Below, piece by piece: positions 26,804 through 40,203 of a stretch of 64,000 bases of DNA. Where the stretch lies: positions 334,576-398,575 of the forward strand of contig NW_018406874.1 in NCBI RefSeq assembly GCF_002113885.1, written 5' to 3'. Position 1 is the stretch's first letter, and every line of letters begins with the position of its first letter. Both the position numbers and the translations under genes were made by a program. The notes beneath the pieces were generated by a model. It saw only the letters and a program-made list of their open reading frames with translations. It did no database searches and was not told the origin of the DNA. Origin of the DNA: Mizuhopecten yessoensis (taxonomy: Eukaryota).

Positions 26804-28699
26804 CCTTATCTAGTCAACGGTGTACTTCACCACACACAGTGCAACATGCGATCTGACGCCTTGTGTCGTCCTCGTCATGCAGAATTACGCTTTAAATCAT
26901 TCATTGTTCATCTTGGTCAGGGACATTCTGAAAGGGAAAGTAAATAGATTGTATAAAACCATCGGGTTTACTTTCTGAGGATGTAAATAGTCTCTCCTCA
27001 TATAGGGTCATTGTAGTTACAACTTTACTATGTTTTCAATTATCCGGCATTGGGGTAATACATACAATAACACTTAAGGTCACACACAACTTTATATATG
27101 TATATTTGAAAACTGTAGAAAATGGATAAAAAGGGAGAAAATACGAGGAAGATTTATCATATACTTAAGATATGAATGAAAGGGATAATGACTGAATCCC
27201 CTCCAACGAGTGGGCATGGACTATGGAAAAGAGCTAGGCCCAGGGAGAACCACACTCGTTCAAACCTTCGTACCAATTTGAGTGGATAGTATAAGAAAAT
27301 GTCTAAATTATTCTTTGACATTATACCCCCAACAGCATCACTGTAATGTTTACCTCACAGAGAAAAACACATATATCATAACAATAAAGCGTTCATTGTT
27401 TAACATAATGATAAAATATACTTACGAAGATATAGTTAGTTCCAACGAGGCCATATGCTGCAGCATCCTCTATCCGTTCACTTAGGCTGATGGCCACACG
27501 TCTGTGCAGTGTGAACTACACGTGATAATGTCATCGTGATGATTGGCCTTTCTGTGTCCATTTTATAACGCGCACTCCCAGTATTGATCGCATGTGCCCA
27601 AATCCGCACACTGCACGGCACCAGACATCGCCAAGATTTATTGATTTTAGACCCCGTGCGCACGGAGGATGCGACCGTGGTACGACGTCTCAGCCTCACA
27701 AAGTCTACCGGTTTAAGGTTATTTATGGAGTGAAACAATGATTTGGTAACTTGATTGCTAGATTTCGATTACAGTTTTATATTTGCCGTTGTTAAGCCTT
27801 CACAAACGACTCGGTTGCTGAAATTAGTTTACAAGAAACCCCCCCTAATGATTTGTACTGTACTTTGCATGTCTACACGTACAAGTTTAGTAAAAATCAC
27901 TATTCACTGTGATTTTTGAGTGATTTTTTCGTTTTTCTAGGAGAAGCTTCAAATATTAATCATTCTATCGTACTTTTTGTTTTTAATTACTTTCCTTGCA
28001 ATTAGCGACCGTTATGTACATCCTAATTGATTTTAGGATATATATAACCCTATTCCTGTGTTGAACAGCTTTAAAATGGGTTAAGACCTGATCAAAATTG
28101 ATTCCAATGCAGATGGTATAGTTATGGGTTAATAGAAAGAGAAAAACGACAAGCGATAGTACCAACACAAAATTACAAAGGCCACGGTGAGTCCCACAGT
28201 TCAAACTGGAGACTAAACGGAAGTCCCTTGCACCGTCGACAAGAGGACCATTAATCACAGAGGTGGGCCTTTACCCATCCTCGGTCCCAGGGGGAAATCG
28301 CACTCTTGTTTACCCTCGGTCCAAGAGAAAAAGAAGCTAAGTGCGGTTGTTACCATGGAACCGAGGATGACCTTAAACATATAGGTGGAATTTATTCTGG
28401 CATGGTTCACGTGCAATTTAAGTTGACGAATAAACCAACAGTTGTAAACGTATTACGTTATAATGGGTTAAGAAGGGACTGTCTTACCTACTGTAGCACC
28501 TCTCCATGTTGATTTACATACTTCTACATTGTTTTTGAACACTTTAAACATCGACTTTTACGCTTTTGGCAGATTAGTCGTTAATTGACTAAATGACCTT
28601 ACGGTGCAGTAAAATGCTAATCTTGTTTGGTTTTCTGCAATCAACATACTAAACGTGGGTACATCCTAACTTTAAATTTCTAATAATTAGGTTCACAAG

Positions 28700-29450
28700 A
28701 GCATCAAATGATCATATTTGTAATTGTCTTAATTGTAAACAGACCAAAACATAATGATACGCATCTTAATTTCCATCACAATTGCAGGTAGGTGATAAAT
28801 TACATACACGCACGGAATACATCACTTCTACAAGCAAGACCATCACAGCTGTTGGTTTCTTTTTCAATACAGAGTGGTGAAGATTACTTCCTTTTGAAGG
28901 AAACAAACCATGATCTGGAATTAGTCTATTATGAATCTTATAACGGTGCAACTGAAAGCTTTTCTGTCCGTGATTATAAAGGTGTACATCAAGTAACTCA
29001 TAAGTGACTACAGAGGAAACATCAGACATGAATTTGGCAGCTTCTAACTGAACCCTTTTTAAGGGGCTCGGTAGTTCATCAGAAAAAGTATCCAAGACAC
29101 AGGAGACTCGTCGAATAAAGGACGTTTTTCTTGTCTCTTTACTGCTTTTATATCTTAATTGTTTTAAGGCAGCTACTTTAGAACAGGTTGTTTAATAATG
29201 TGATAAACATGATCAAAGCCATTTCCAGTTGCTACTGGAAACACCCCAAAGTGACTACGAGTCCGTAGAAGGAATTCATTGTTAAAGCCAAGATTTAGTT
29301 TGATATGGAGTGGTATTGAAGAGAACTACTTCGCCTTTGCAAAATTGAACTTGGAAGTACATAGGGCAGTGATCAGATCAATCCTACAAGTGTTGAAAAT
29401 CATGGTTTAAGACCTTGTCTACTACGATTTATCATATCACCTTAATTTGG
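28700..29450 (-). mobile_element. Degenerate non-LTR retrotransposon (CR1/L2-like) fragment from the C-terminal RT region
   Basis: Minus-strand fragments such as KVAALKQLRYKSSKETRKTSFIR and LKRVQLEAAKFMS resemble the LERVQRRAARF region that follows RT in CR1/L2 LINEs. Many stops. Confidence 0.5.
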
Positions 29451-31191
29451 AAGCTGGTCCGGATATTACCGTCTCCGGATTTATCACAAATTTAATCGTC
29501 CATTAGCACAAATATCGGTTTGTGTCTCATCATTTTACATTCCTTTTTAGGTGCATCATGCACGTTTGGGTTGGTTCCACATAAGCGTGTCCCGTCAATA
29601 TTCCTGGCATGGCAACAGATAATCAACTTCAGAACAACACATGTATATGGATCTTCAGATTATATATACGATACCCATGGTATGGGAGCCTGCTGCGAAA
29701 ATATCGTTATGTTGTACACTTTCTTATTTGTCTTTCGGGTAGAATTTGAATCTTACCAAACACATCATCCAGTCTCCGTTTTAGAAATGCAGGCATATCC
29801 TCATAGTCAATCCAGTCTTCGTTAGTTTAACTCGAGTTGATTTTGAGAAGTTGGTATTCAGAGAAAGCATGCCTATGATTTGTTTGTATTCACGTACATC
29901 AAGCTTTGTCTCCAAGAATCTTAGTCCACTTAAATCAGAGTTTGAGCTCAAATATCTATGTAAAATATGGGATTAGTTGAGAGTCCAGTCTGAATTCAGT
30001 TTGTGAGATCTGGTGTTGTTCAATTAAACTCTACTTAAATGGTGATAGGGAATTTTACTCGTTTTTATTCTGCTCCATTTTATAGACATTAAACTTTCAG
30101 AATGTGACCCTTTTGAATTACAACAATTCTGACATAATGAACTCGAATATTAAGTTTAAAACGCAACCAAAAAATACGACTTCATGTACCATGTTGTCTG
30201 TAAAATGAATCGAACATGGAAGATGTTATCGGGTCCAGTACTAATTTTTTGTCGATGCATCGACCTCTCTGCTTTACGTCTTTTGAGCGACTATTCACCC
30301 AAATTGCTTTTGAAATAAAAAGACACATAGGTATATATATATATAGTCGCATTTAAAAGATTTTATCACTGTTGCGATTACAAGAAACCAAATAAAGTGG
30401 TGTTTTTTTAAAATCAAATGTAAAGAAAAAAACAATGCATTTATGATTTTTTTTTTAGAAACACCTCTATTTTTCGTAATCTACATTATTCTTAAACTGA
30501 AGGTTTTAAGCGACTTTGAGGTAATTTTATAAAATGGAAATCTCAGATATTGTTTGATACAGCTATAGAGTATAGGTTGAAATAACTATATAGGTCTTTA
30601 TAGCTGTATAGCTCAATCAGCATAGTGTACTGGACCTGGTTAGTGCAACTCTATTTACACTAGACCACAAGGATATTAAGATCATCAACAACAAATATCA
30701 GATGTAATTTGCTCATTATATTTTAATTATTATTACGTTATTACAATGTATCAAGGCTTGTGCATATGAATGTATAAGGAAGTGATGATTAAGCATTGCA
30801 CAATTGGACACGACCTATATGAGGGCTGTCACAATATATCGGGAAACAGGTATATCGCAATACATGGGTATATCGTATCGTACCACCATACAGAGATGAA
30901 CTATTGCTGTATCGCAATATTTCTAATAAGCCTATTCTTATGTATCTGCTTGGTGTTGTAACTTTGCAAATTATTACAAATTCTAACAAGTATGCCAATA
31001 AGCATAAAGCATGCTTTTAATGGTTTGACAAAAATCTTAAATCTATGTACACCATATTACTTAAATCTATGTACACCATATTACTTAAATCTATTTCTAC
31101 CACAATACGCTGTGTTATTCCACTCTCAGATCATTGTATAAACACGCAGACTGTTAGATAAATATGCAATCTGAATAAATACAGCTGTTCA

Positions 31192-31492
31192 TTATCACGT
31201 ACCGCATGAAAAGCCGTAGGTATTTTCAATAACATCAGATTTTAATGAGATTGATAAATATGTGTTATATACCACACGTGGTATATGACCTTCAAGAGTT
31301 TTGATTGGTCGAGAAGATGAACTTTGACCGGGAAGACTTTTTCCACATGCCTTTTGCCACCTGCTGTTTTGTTTACGTCGTGGTAGTTTCGGCTAGTAGG
31401 TAAATACAACACATGTGCAATACGGAATGTTGTAATTCATGGTCCGAAAATTGCTTGTATTACTATAACAAGATTCAACAGGTATGTGATAA
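31192..31492. mobile_element. Old MITE with imperfect TIRs
   Basis: ttatcacgtaccgcatgaa at the left end against ttcaacaggtatgtgataa at the right end. Confidence 0.45.
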
Positions 31493-32423
31493 ATCGTGAT
31501 ACACTCTCGGCGTATTGCGACACCCCTAACCTATACACACTTCCAAATATACATGTACTGATAATCAATGTGTACAATGTTTGGCAACGTCCAACTCTAA
31601 ATTGCATGCAAGGTAATACAACAGTTGTTCATCGAAAATAACTGGGGTGCTAAAACAATAGCTTTCTTATTCCACATGGAAAAAAAAAGTAAATATCATG
31701 CTAGAAAATGTCGATTCTTTCATTTAGAAGAATCTGTTCGACCAATTGCCATTTTCTAAAAGAAAATGAAAGATGAAAAAAAATATGAGATTATAACATG
31801 TGTTGTAGTATTCCATTTACATTCTTACATTGTCATCGTACTCTTTGAAAATTATATTTTCAGTGTGTATTGTTTTCATCTGACAATCATTGAGAAGTCA
31901 TTTCCCAGTCATAATATTTCTTGATAACTGTACAATAAAAAACATCCAAACCTTTCCCTTCAAATATAACAATTAGTTAAAAATCAAACGTAACATCACA
32001 TGCGTATAAAAGGACATGTTCATTAGAAAGATATAAAAGTTTATTTATATCTTATTATAAATAAGTAGAAATACCTTTAACTATTTGTTATGTAAGCACA
32101 TTAGTCTACCCGCTTACGACAGCAAGATAAGAAAGCCAGTGACAGCTATTAACTTGATGAAAACCTTATCAAAGTTGCCTTCAGTGTTCACTATATTGCA
32201 TGCATCAGAAAATCATCAAATCCTGTAAGCTGATGGCCACATATGCATTACACATGATTACTGTCAGACACATACAAATGTCTTCTCAGTGAATGGGCAG
32301 AGAACCAGAAACACCCTTGCTTTATTACTGAGAACGACTTTTTAATGGTTCTCCACCAACTTACACGTAGCTCGTCAGGTTCACAGCACCAAATTCTAAG
32401 AGATATCCAAGGTCAGGTGGAGG

Positions 32424-35400
32424 TCACACAATCGTGCCATATTTTTTAACAAATTGTTCGAGATCATTAGCAGGAATTGTTGTTGCTGCTTCATTTATCT
32501 GCAATAAAAGTCAACACATTTGTTTGAAATGATAAAAACATTTGTTTATATTTTTTACACCATACTTTTACATTGAACTTTAAATTTTCTGAATGTGCAT
32601 AATTAGTATATTTCAAAACAAAACTAATCCTTCAAAGATATTTTTGTTACAATGCACAGTTTATTGAGATTTTCAAAAATGTTCTATTCCTTATAATCAG
32701 TAGTTTAAGATTTAAGATTCATGATTATTCTCTTCTGAGGCATACAGCCCATCTATATTTTCTTTCTCTGAGAAATACAAATACTAAGCTGAGGTAATGG
32801 TATAACTTATGTCAATGAGACGAGCTTAAATATTTAATTTCACCATGAATACTTAAGGGACTGACCTGTCTCCACTTGTCAATACCGTTGTCCACTGTGC
32901 GTTTGGTGCCAAGGAGCTTTTTCTGTCGCAGAGCCACGTGGTCCCTGAGCAGGGTGTTCTGGTGCTCCAGCTGGGTGATGACATGCTGAAGCTGTGCCTT
33001 CTGTTTCTCTTTGATTGGGATATTGTGTACCTGACTGTCTTGCTGGGGGTCACCTGAAGGTCGCCTAACACAAACAGAAATATTTATATTTTGGAGGTCC
33101 GATTCTTATGCTTGCTTTAATATGATGTGTCCAATTTATTCACAGTATCAAATATCTTGACTTGTTTTTTTACAATTACAGGTATGTAAAAATATAGCTG
33201 ATGAGTTTTTCGTCAATCATAAATATTTATGTTAATGTTTCTATATACAATACCTTACACATGTACATACCAAATGCAACATGTCCATACATTTCAAAAA
33301 TATCCTCACCATGCCAGCTCTTTATTGTCTTTCTGACTGGCGATAATTCCATCCAGGTCATCTAGTATTTTCTCCATCTGTTCTTCAGCAAACATCAACA
33401 TTACTTCCTCCTTCAAACAAACAAAAACGTGTCCACTATAAAATAATACCTTACAATAACCAATCAGTGTTGTTCCAATTAGTCAATCTGATCGATGATT
33501 GGTCATTTTACCTTTTCTTTGATCGAACATGGCTTGACAATAACAAAAAAAAAATTAAGAGTTAAAAGATTTGGAGCAGACCTGAAAAACGATAAAAACA
33601 AACACCTTTACTCTTAAGTTTCACCATAAACTGCTTTCAAACACCATTTCTGCCTTTATTTAGGCACTTAAAATATGTCCACGTCATTTTACCCATTTTG
33701 GTGAATGCTTCTCTGTTTCTTTTTCTTTCATTCCTTTACTATGTTATAATGAGGGGCAAGATGATAGACATGCATTGTAATCCATTAAGTATCACATCAT
33801 TCTTAAAGTATTTAAAGTACCTTGTAGCAAGTGTCATGTCTATGTGATAAAAATGCTTGCACTGATGCTTTTGTTACGAAGAGTGATAGTACTCACTGTA
33901 ATGTTCACATTTATGTAATTGGTTCTTTGCTAATGTACTGCCTAATGCCTCTTAATCAGGGCATGCAGTAGACCCTTGAGAGTATGTTTTTGACTCCCCT
34001 TAATTTGATTTGACTTGTGGGTTTATAGCTATAGGGACATGTCTACCATAATTGGCTTGACAATAACAAAAAAAAACTTGCACCAAAACTTTAACCGAGA
34101 AATTATATTAAGTCCAAAACACGTAAAAATTGCGCGAAAAAATTTCAATCCCAAACATGACAAAAACTTTAACCCAGAAATTGCACGAGAAAAGTTAAGT
34201 CCCAAACATGTCAAAAATTTATAAAAATAGGAATTATTTTCCCAAATTAAATCCATATTGTCCTTCTTAGACCCCACATGAACATCCATGCCAAAAATTA
34301 GGACAATAACACATGATCTGACTGAACTGTAGACCACTGAAGAAGTTTGCTCTGAAACTTTAACCAGAGGGACGGACGCAGACGCTTTACCATAATACAC
34401 CCGTCGAAATTCCTTGTTCAGTTACCATTTGATTGATTAAATTTGTGATTTGAATATAATTGTTTTTAAATAATGTTGATGAACAACCTTTAAATGGATT
34501 ACAGTAATTTTGACTTAGTGTAAATTTAGATTTTAAAAATCATATCACATCTGAAAATCTGAACAAAAAATAATAAATCAAATTAAGTTCACTGGAAATG
34601 CACAAAAACATTAACTTTACTGTCAACATACAAAGGTATTTTAGCTGTACAATGTAATATTTTTTTTGCATTTTTCACACTAATCCGAATATTCATAATC
34701 ATGATTAGCAATAAAGGAATGAAGGGAATTTTGTATCTTCTGCTATCAGGATGTTTTAGCTGTTGAAGCTTGGTGTAGACATGTTCAACTTGCCAATAAG
34801 TCGTGCATACTTAAAGTATGGACCTGCATACTAAATATATTTGAAATTTATCCAATTTTGAATGGAAAGTTAAGTGTGACAGATGGACACATCAAAATAT
34901 ATATAGCATCTCCCACTTTTCTGAGATACAGTAAAACTGTATTCTGTAGGGTGCATGTTTCCTTCTGATATCAACAAACCACTAGTAACTAAATAAGTAT
35001 CACCTATGTGTGTCAATACAAGTCATGTACAGGTAGACAGAATTCTGATATCAACAAACCTGAATCATCACAACTGTTGTGTTTGTGGATTAGACAACTT
35101 ACACTAATGTGACAGTCTAGCTGCTTCGTAAGCTGTAAATGCATCTTTTTGAGGACTTCAGGATTCTTCTTGTGAATGGGACGAAGATGCTTTTGAAATA
35201 ACTGTAACCTGTAATAAAGTGAAAAAAAGTCATTATATTTTGTATCCGTAACAGCTAATGTGTTTATCCCAACACAACACATACAACATGTTCATATCCA
35301 AGTGTTTTTAAATCTTTGAAATCAAGTACTAAGGTATATACTAGTACATACAATAACATTATGTAGTGTTTTATGGCAATCTGCGATCACTTTAAAAAAT

Positions 35401-37413
35401 ATCCAAACAAGAAATTATGTTAAAATATTCTAGATCCATAGATGGTGCCACTTCACATTAAATCCAATATTTACTTTTTATTAAAAAGACTGTCAAATAT
35501 ATGTTTGATTTTTTGTGTTATTTCCTTTAATTAGCCCCTACCTGTACCACTCTAAAAAAAAGGAAATAAAACAAACATGAATCCCGACCAGGTCTGACCT
35601 TCCCCAATTTTTCAGTCATGTTACCTGAAACATAAATATTTTTTTTGGTCTGACCAATTTATGAATTAGTTGATTTGATTTTTGAATTGTATCAAAATAT
35701 TACATTTGCAGAGAAAATTTTGCAGTTTTCACAAGGCATGATCTTATTTTTATGGAGAATAACTGCGATAACAATGCAGGTTTGATTGCCAGTGGACCAG
35801 TGCAACTTTTCTGATGAATATCAGTTATAATAAGGGCTTTCATAGAGAATTTGAGCCTCGGCAATAGTACGGTTATCTGGGATTAAAAACACAACCTGTA
35901 CCTAGATGTAGGCCAGGAAACTCTTAAAATTTGACAATGAATGCAAAACATCGCTGATGAAACTGAGTCTTTATTGATAATGGTAACAGGAAAGAGAATA
36001 GTGTGCTTCAGTTCCACCGGTGACATAGAACCCTCAATCTCCAGATTCCTAGTCGAACGCTCTACCACTGAGCTAAAGGGAATTTCCCTCCAGCTCGAAG
36101 CTGGAAAGCGACCTTAATCATGTGTACAATTAAAACCTGCCACACTACGTATACTCCCCCCTTTTTAAATGTGTTCGCCCTCAAAACACCACAACCCAGG
36201 TTCCAACTCCCTGTCACCATAGGAAGGCCCACGGACACCGTTTGTAACAGGAAAGAGAATCCACCGGGGATCAAGCACTCAATCTCCAGGTTCCTAGTCG
36301 GACACTCTACCACTGAGCTAAAGGGAAATTCCCTCCAGCTCGAAGCTGGAAAGCGACCTTAATCCTATGTACAATTAAAATCTGCCACAATGTTATCAAT
36401 TTTATTTTATACACTAGTACTAGTACTGCAACTATGTATATCTTCTGTCTTATAAAATCGTGGAATTAGATCTAATTCTGTGATAAAATATGATATGTCC
36501 CTGCCTCTGTCGTGCTTTTGGACATGTATATTTCTTTATGGTGCTAAAATTCAGTGGCGGATCCAGGGGTTTTTTTTGGGCTTCAGGACTTTTATTTTCA
36601 AAATCATGTATTTTAACCATTTTCCTCACATGGAACACAGGGTCACGTTACAAATGTCTGAAATACACATATGCTATACTGATATGGGTCACAACACACA
36701 TAAACATACACGTATGTTTATGTGTGTTGTGACCCGTATCAGTATAGCATATTATGTGTATTTCAGACATTTGTAACGTGACCCTGTGCATGGAAACTCC
36801 CCTGGAAATTAAGAAACACACCAGATAGGTCTCTGGATCCGCCACACATAACTCTTGTGTCGTGTGTTCGTATACATTTTTTTTATTTATTTGTTACAAT
36901 TGCAAGCCCTTGTGGATGGAAGCGTATAGGTAACAACAGAACGGCGTATGGACAGGGGTTCGAATTCGTTACACATGTCTGAAACACAGGGGCATGGATC
37001 GCTTTACTTTTAATATTAAAAAAAAGGGCTCCTATACTAATAAATATTTATTAGTATAGGAGACCCTTTTTTTAATAATTACAAGTAAATCGATCCATAC
37101 CCTTGTGGTCTGAAATACACATACATTGTATGCTATACTAATATCGGTCACATCATACATAAACATACTTATCTACGTGTGCTGTGACCCATATCAGTAT
37201 AGCACATGTGTATTTCGGACATTTGTCTGTTTGTAACGAACCCTGAGGTGTATGGGAGCAGATTTGAATGAAAACTTTCGAATACTTTGCAGATGAAATA
37301 ATCTTTTTCCTGGCCTGTGTCAACGCATTATTAAGAATCTGCATTCGTCCTAGTGACTCTGGCTTCTGTGATTCGTCTTTCGTTGTATCCATAGACTCGC
37401 TTTCATCTGCCAT
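32424..37413 (-). CDS. PMF1: Polyamine-modulated factor 1 / Nnf1 (MIS12 kinetochore complex subunit), 5 exons, 202 aa
   Basis: Exons 37413-37286, 35208-35103, 33410-33310, 33064-32866 and 32498-32424 (609 nt, phases consistent). The protein MADESE...RMQILNNAL...LTKQLDCHISEEV...LDDLDGII...ELAWRPSGDP followed by a coiled coil matches the PMF1/Nnf1 AWRPSG.P signature and its usual length. Confidence 0.85.
34010..34410 (-). mobile_element. Degenerate Helentron/HINE-like non-autonomous element
   Basis: Short internal repeats (cccaaacatg..aaaaa), a ggac microsatellite near 34370 and a cataata...cccgtc end, all typical of this class. A partial second copy (ggcttgacaataacaaaaaa) lies at about 33531. 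Confidence 0.45.
35983..36389 (-). mobile_element. Miniature LTR retroelement (TRIM) with a tRNA-like sequence inside each LTR
   Basis: Direct repeats at 35983-36144 and 36243-36389 ((t)gtaac...ccaca). Minus-strand PPT aaaaaggggggag at about 36154-36166 next to one LTR, and PBS-like cggtgtccgtggg next to the other. Each LTR carries TAGCTCAGTGGTAGAG (A box / D arm) and a degenerate T arm. aatg flanks both ends. Confidence 0.8.
36552..36845. mobile_element. Non-autonomous DNA transposon with CAGTGGCGGATCCAG termini, containing a nested MITE
   Basis: gtggcggatccag at 36554 and its reverse complement ctggatccgccac ending at 36845. Confidence 0.65.
36636..36788. mobile_element. 153-bp foldback MITE (CACAGGG termini) with 7-bp TSD catggaa
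   Basis: Almost perfect palindrome; catggaa at 36629-36635 and 36789-36795. Confidence 0.85.
36952..37245. mobile_element. Older second copy of the 36636 foldback MITE family, split by another insertion
   Basis: Shares gttaca.atgtctgaaa, tacacat, atgctatact, ggtcaca, tgtgaccc.tatcagtatagca and gtaacg.accctg with the 36636 element. Confidence 0.7.
36985..37107. mobile_element. 123-bp foldback MITE with 8-bp TSD gtctgaaa (P/hAT-type)
   Basis: cacagggg...cccttgtg palindrome centred on ataaatatttat; gtctgaaa at 36977-36984 and 37108-37115. Confidence 0.85.
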
Positions 37414-37472
37414 TATGTTGTCGTTAGTGTTTTGATTTCCCGCGGAGATGTTCGAAATTTCCCACTTATCTT

Positions 37473-40203
37473 GGCGGTAGGTAAATCTTGTACGCCGCTC
37501 CCGCTCCCGTCCCAAAACCCCGTACCAGGCATATAGAGATATTTTAATATCTCATTAACGCGATCGTTTATATTTTTTATAAAATTATACAATAATTTCA
37601 AACATTATTTTCTAAATGTGACTATTAATAAAATGTAAATTTATCATCTAATAATTTAGAAATTGACGATAATGTTTATTTCAAGGGGGTAAAACTTGTA
37701 CGCCGCAGTCAACCGTGAAAATCACGGTTTTTCATATATAATTAGATATTCAGTGAAAATTAACATGTTGTTTTCAGATATATAGAACAAAATACCTTAC
37801 TGTTTATAATTATGTAAGTTTCGTTGAAATAAACGACATATTTCACATGAAATTCTGACTTTGTTGTGATCGCGGGGTGTTTTGTTTACTCCCGTACCCG
37901 TCCTAAGGGGACATCACTATGTCAATCTATGTCGTTATCAAGTAGAACTCTTCGCCATTCTATTAGAATGTTTCCAGGCTCTGCGACGAGGACGCAGTTC
38001 TACATAAGAGCCCATTTTTTGTTAAACTATATAAATATATATATATAAGATTAATAATAGTTCACAAAATAAGAATTCATGATTGGTTATCATTAGAAAA
38101 GAATGGTTATTTTTATAAAAAATGAAACGTTTTATAAAAAATGATTTTATGATTGAAATAATTGTGTTCTTTTTCAAAAGGAATTTTAAGTTTACTCACT
38201 ACACATTTTAACTTTTAATAGGATACATCTACAAATACATTAAAAAATACCAAAAATACTNNNNNNNNNNNNNNNNNNNNNNNNNNNNNNNNNNNNNNNN
38301 NNNNNNNNNNNNNNNNNNNNNNNNNNNNNNNNNNNNNNNNNNNNNNNNNNNNNNNNNNNNNNNNNNNNNNNNNNNNNNNNNNNNNNNNNNNNNNNNNNNN
38401 NNNNNNNNNNNNNNNNNNNNNNNNNNNNNNNNNNNNNNNNNNNNNNNNNNNNNNNNNNNNNNNNNNNNNNNNNNNNNNNNNNNNNNNNNNNNNNNNNNNN
38501 NNNNNNNNNNNNNNNNNNNNNNNNNNNNNNNNNNNNNNNNNNNNNNNNNNNNNNNNNNNNNNNNNNNNNNNNNNNNNNNNNNNNNNNNNNNNNNNNNNNN
38601 NNNNNNNNNNNNNNNNNNNNNNNNNNNNNNNNNNNNNNNNNNNNNNNNNNNNNNNNNNNNNNNNNNNNNNNNNNNNNNNNNNNNNNNNNNNNNNNNNNNN
38701 NNNNNNNNNNNNNNNNNNNNNNNNNNNNNNNNNNNNNNNNNNNNNNNNNNNNNNNNNNNNNNNNNNNNNNNNNNNNNNNNNNNNNNNNNNNNNNNNNNNN
38801 NNNNNNNNNNNNNNNNNNNNNNNNNNNNNNNNNNNNNNNNNNNNNNNNNNNNNNNNNNNNNNNNNNNNNNNNNNNNNNNNNNNNNNNNNNNNNNNNNNNN
38901 NNNNNNNTGTACTGACACTACCCAATGGTCCTCACCTGTATGATGAATTTGTGCTGATGCAGCGCTAGTTGGTTTCATTCTGAGTGCATAGTCCCACTTA
39001 TTGTTTTTCAAAATTGGAGCATAACCTGTATCTTGCATTCCGCCTATATTAGGAAACTGTTTCTTTAAATTATTTTGTACGTAACACATGATATTACCAC
39101 ATAGTTTGTTATCAATTAATAAATCATTTTTATCCTTAAAACTTAGCGTACTTTTACCGTTATCCATCCAGATACGTCTTGTTTCTGCGGGCTTAATAAG
39201 CGACGGTCTGTCATCCGAAAGATCCAATAAAATATCACTTACATTAGGTTTGTTCTTTTTTGGTAATGAAAGTCTTCTTCTTTGTTTTGCCTTAGGACTG
39301 GTACTTACAACTGGTTCAGATAAACTTACACCATCACTACATTGTATGTCTGCTACTGACTCAGCTATAATACTTACATCTTTTGTATCTTCTTTTCCTT
39401 CTATTATGTTTGACAATCTCTTACGGGTTAATGAAAGTCTAGACCTAGGTTTTGGTTTTCTTGGAGTACCAATATCAGAAATATCGTGGAGAGGAACTGA
39501 CTCTAATTTCACTGGAGAAGCCAATGTAGCCCTTGGAGTTGAACAAGTTATATTTGAACTTGAAATATAACATTGTTATATGGCCAAATTATAATTAATC
39601 ATGCTTAACACTCATAGACTTGCAGCTGTATCAACAATGGATTAAAGAATTATAATGGTGTATCATTTTCTACATCTTATAAGCTTGTGGCGTTTGATGT
39701 GTTGTGATAAGGGATTAATCTCTTATTCATTACATGTAAAAAAAAAATGCAGATTATTAAATGAAAAAGAAATAATGAAATAGTTGTATTAAAAGGTTTT
39801 TTTTNATCACAACAAAGTCAGAATTTCATGTGAAATATGTCGTTTATTTCAACGAAACTTACATAATTATAAACAGTAAGGTATTTTGTTCTATATATCT
39901 GAAAACAACATGTTAATTTTCACTGAATATCTAATTATATATGAAAAACCGTGATTTTCACGGTTGACTGCGGCGTACAAGTTTTACCCCCTTGAAATAA
40001 ACATTATCGTCAATTTCTAAATTATTAGATGATAAATTTACACTTTATTAATAGTCACATTTAGAAAATAATGTTTGAAATTATTGTATAATTTTATAAA
40101 AAATATAAACAATCGCGTTAATGAGATATTAAAATATCTCTATATGCCTGGTACGGGGTTTTGGGACGGGAGCGGGAGCGGCGTACAAGATTTACCTACC
40201 ACC
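37473..40203. mobile_element. Mutator/MULE-superfamily DNA transposon (Rehavkus/Ulp1-carrying type), TIRs of about 398 bp, 9-bp TSD
   Basis: Left TIR 37473-37870 and right TIR 39806-40203 (GG[C/T]GGTAGGTAAATCTTG...), with three mismatches seen. TSD acttatctt at 37464-37472 and 40204-40212. The interior has an N gap and a Ulp1-like ORF. Confidence 0.9.
38907..39560 (-). CDS. Transposon-borne Ulp1/SENP-like (C48) cysteine protease fragment, truncated by the assembly gap
   Basis: A basic low-complexity linker, then DKNDLLIDNKLCGNIM...QNNLKKQFPNIGGMQDT...QIHHTGEDHWVVSV, the His-Trp motif of Ulp1-like domains found in transposons. The rest lies in the Ns. Confidence 0.65.

Noticed and set aside
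36020-36325. Two functional tRNA genes
   Set aside because: The T arm/B box is degenerate, the acceptor stem pairs poorly and there is no T-run terminator. They sit inside paired LTR-like repeats.
37413-37601. Duplicated ORF MKLLYNFIK... (also 40075-40281) as a gene pair
   Set aside because: Both are translations of the two TIRs and start at TTG.
38215-38925. Long ORFs running through X residues
   Set aside because: Artefact of the N gap.
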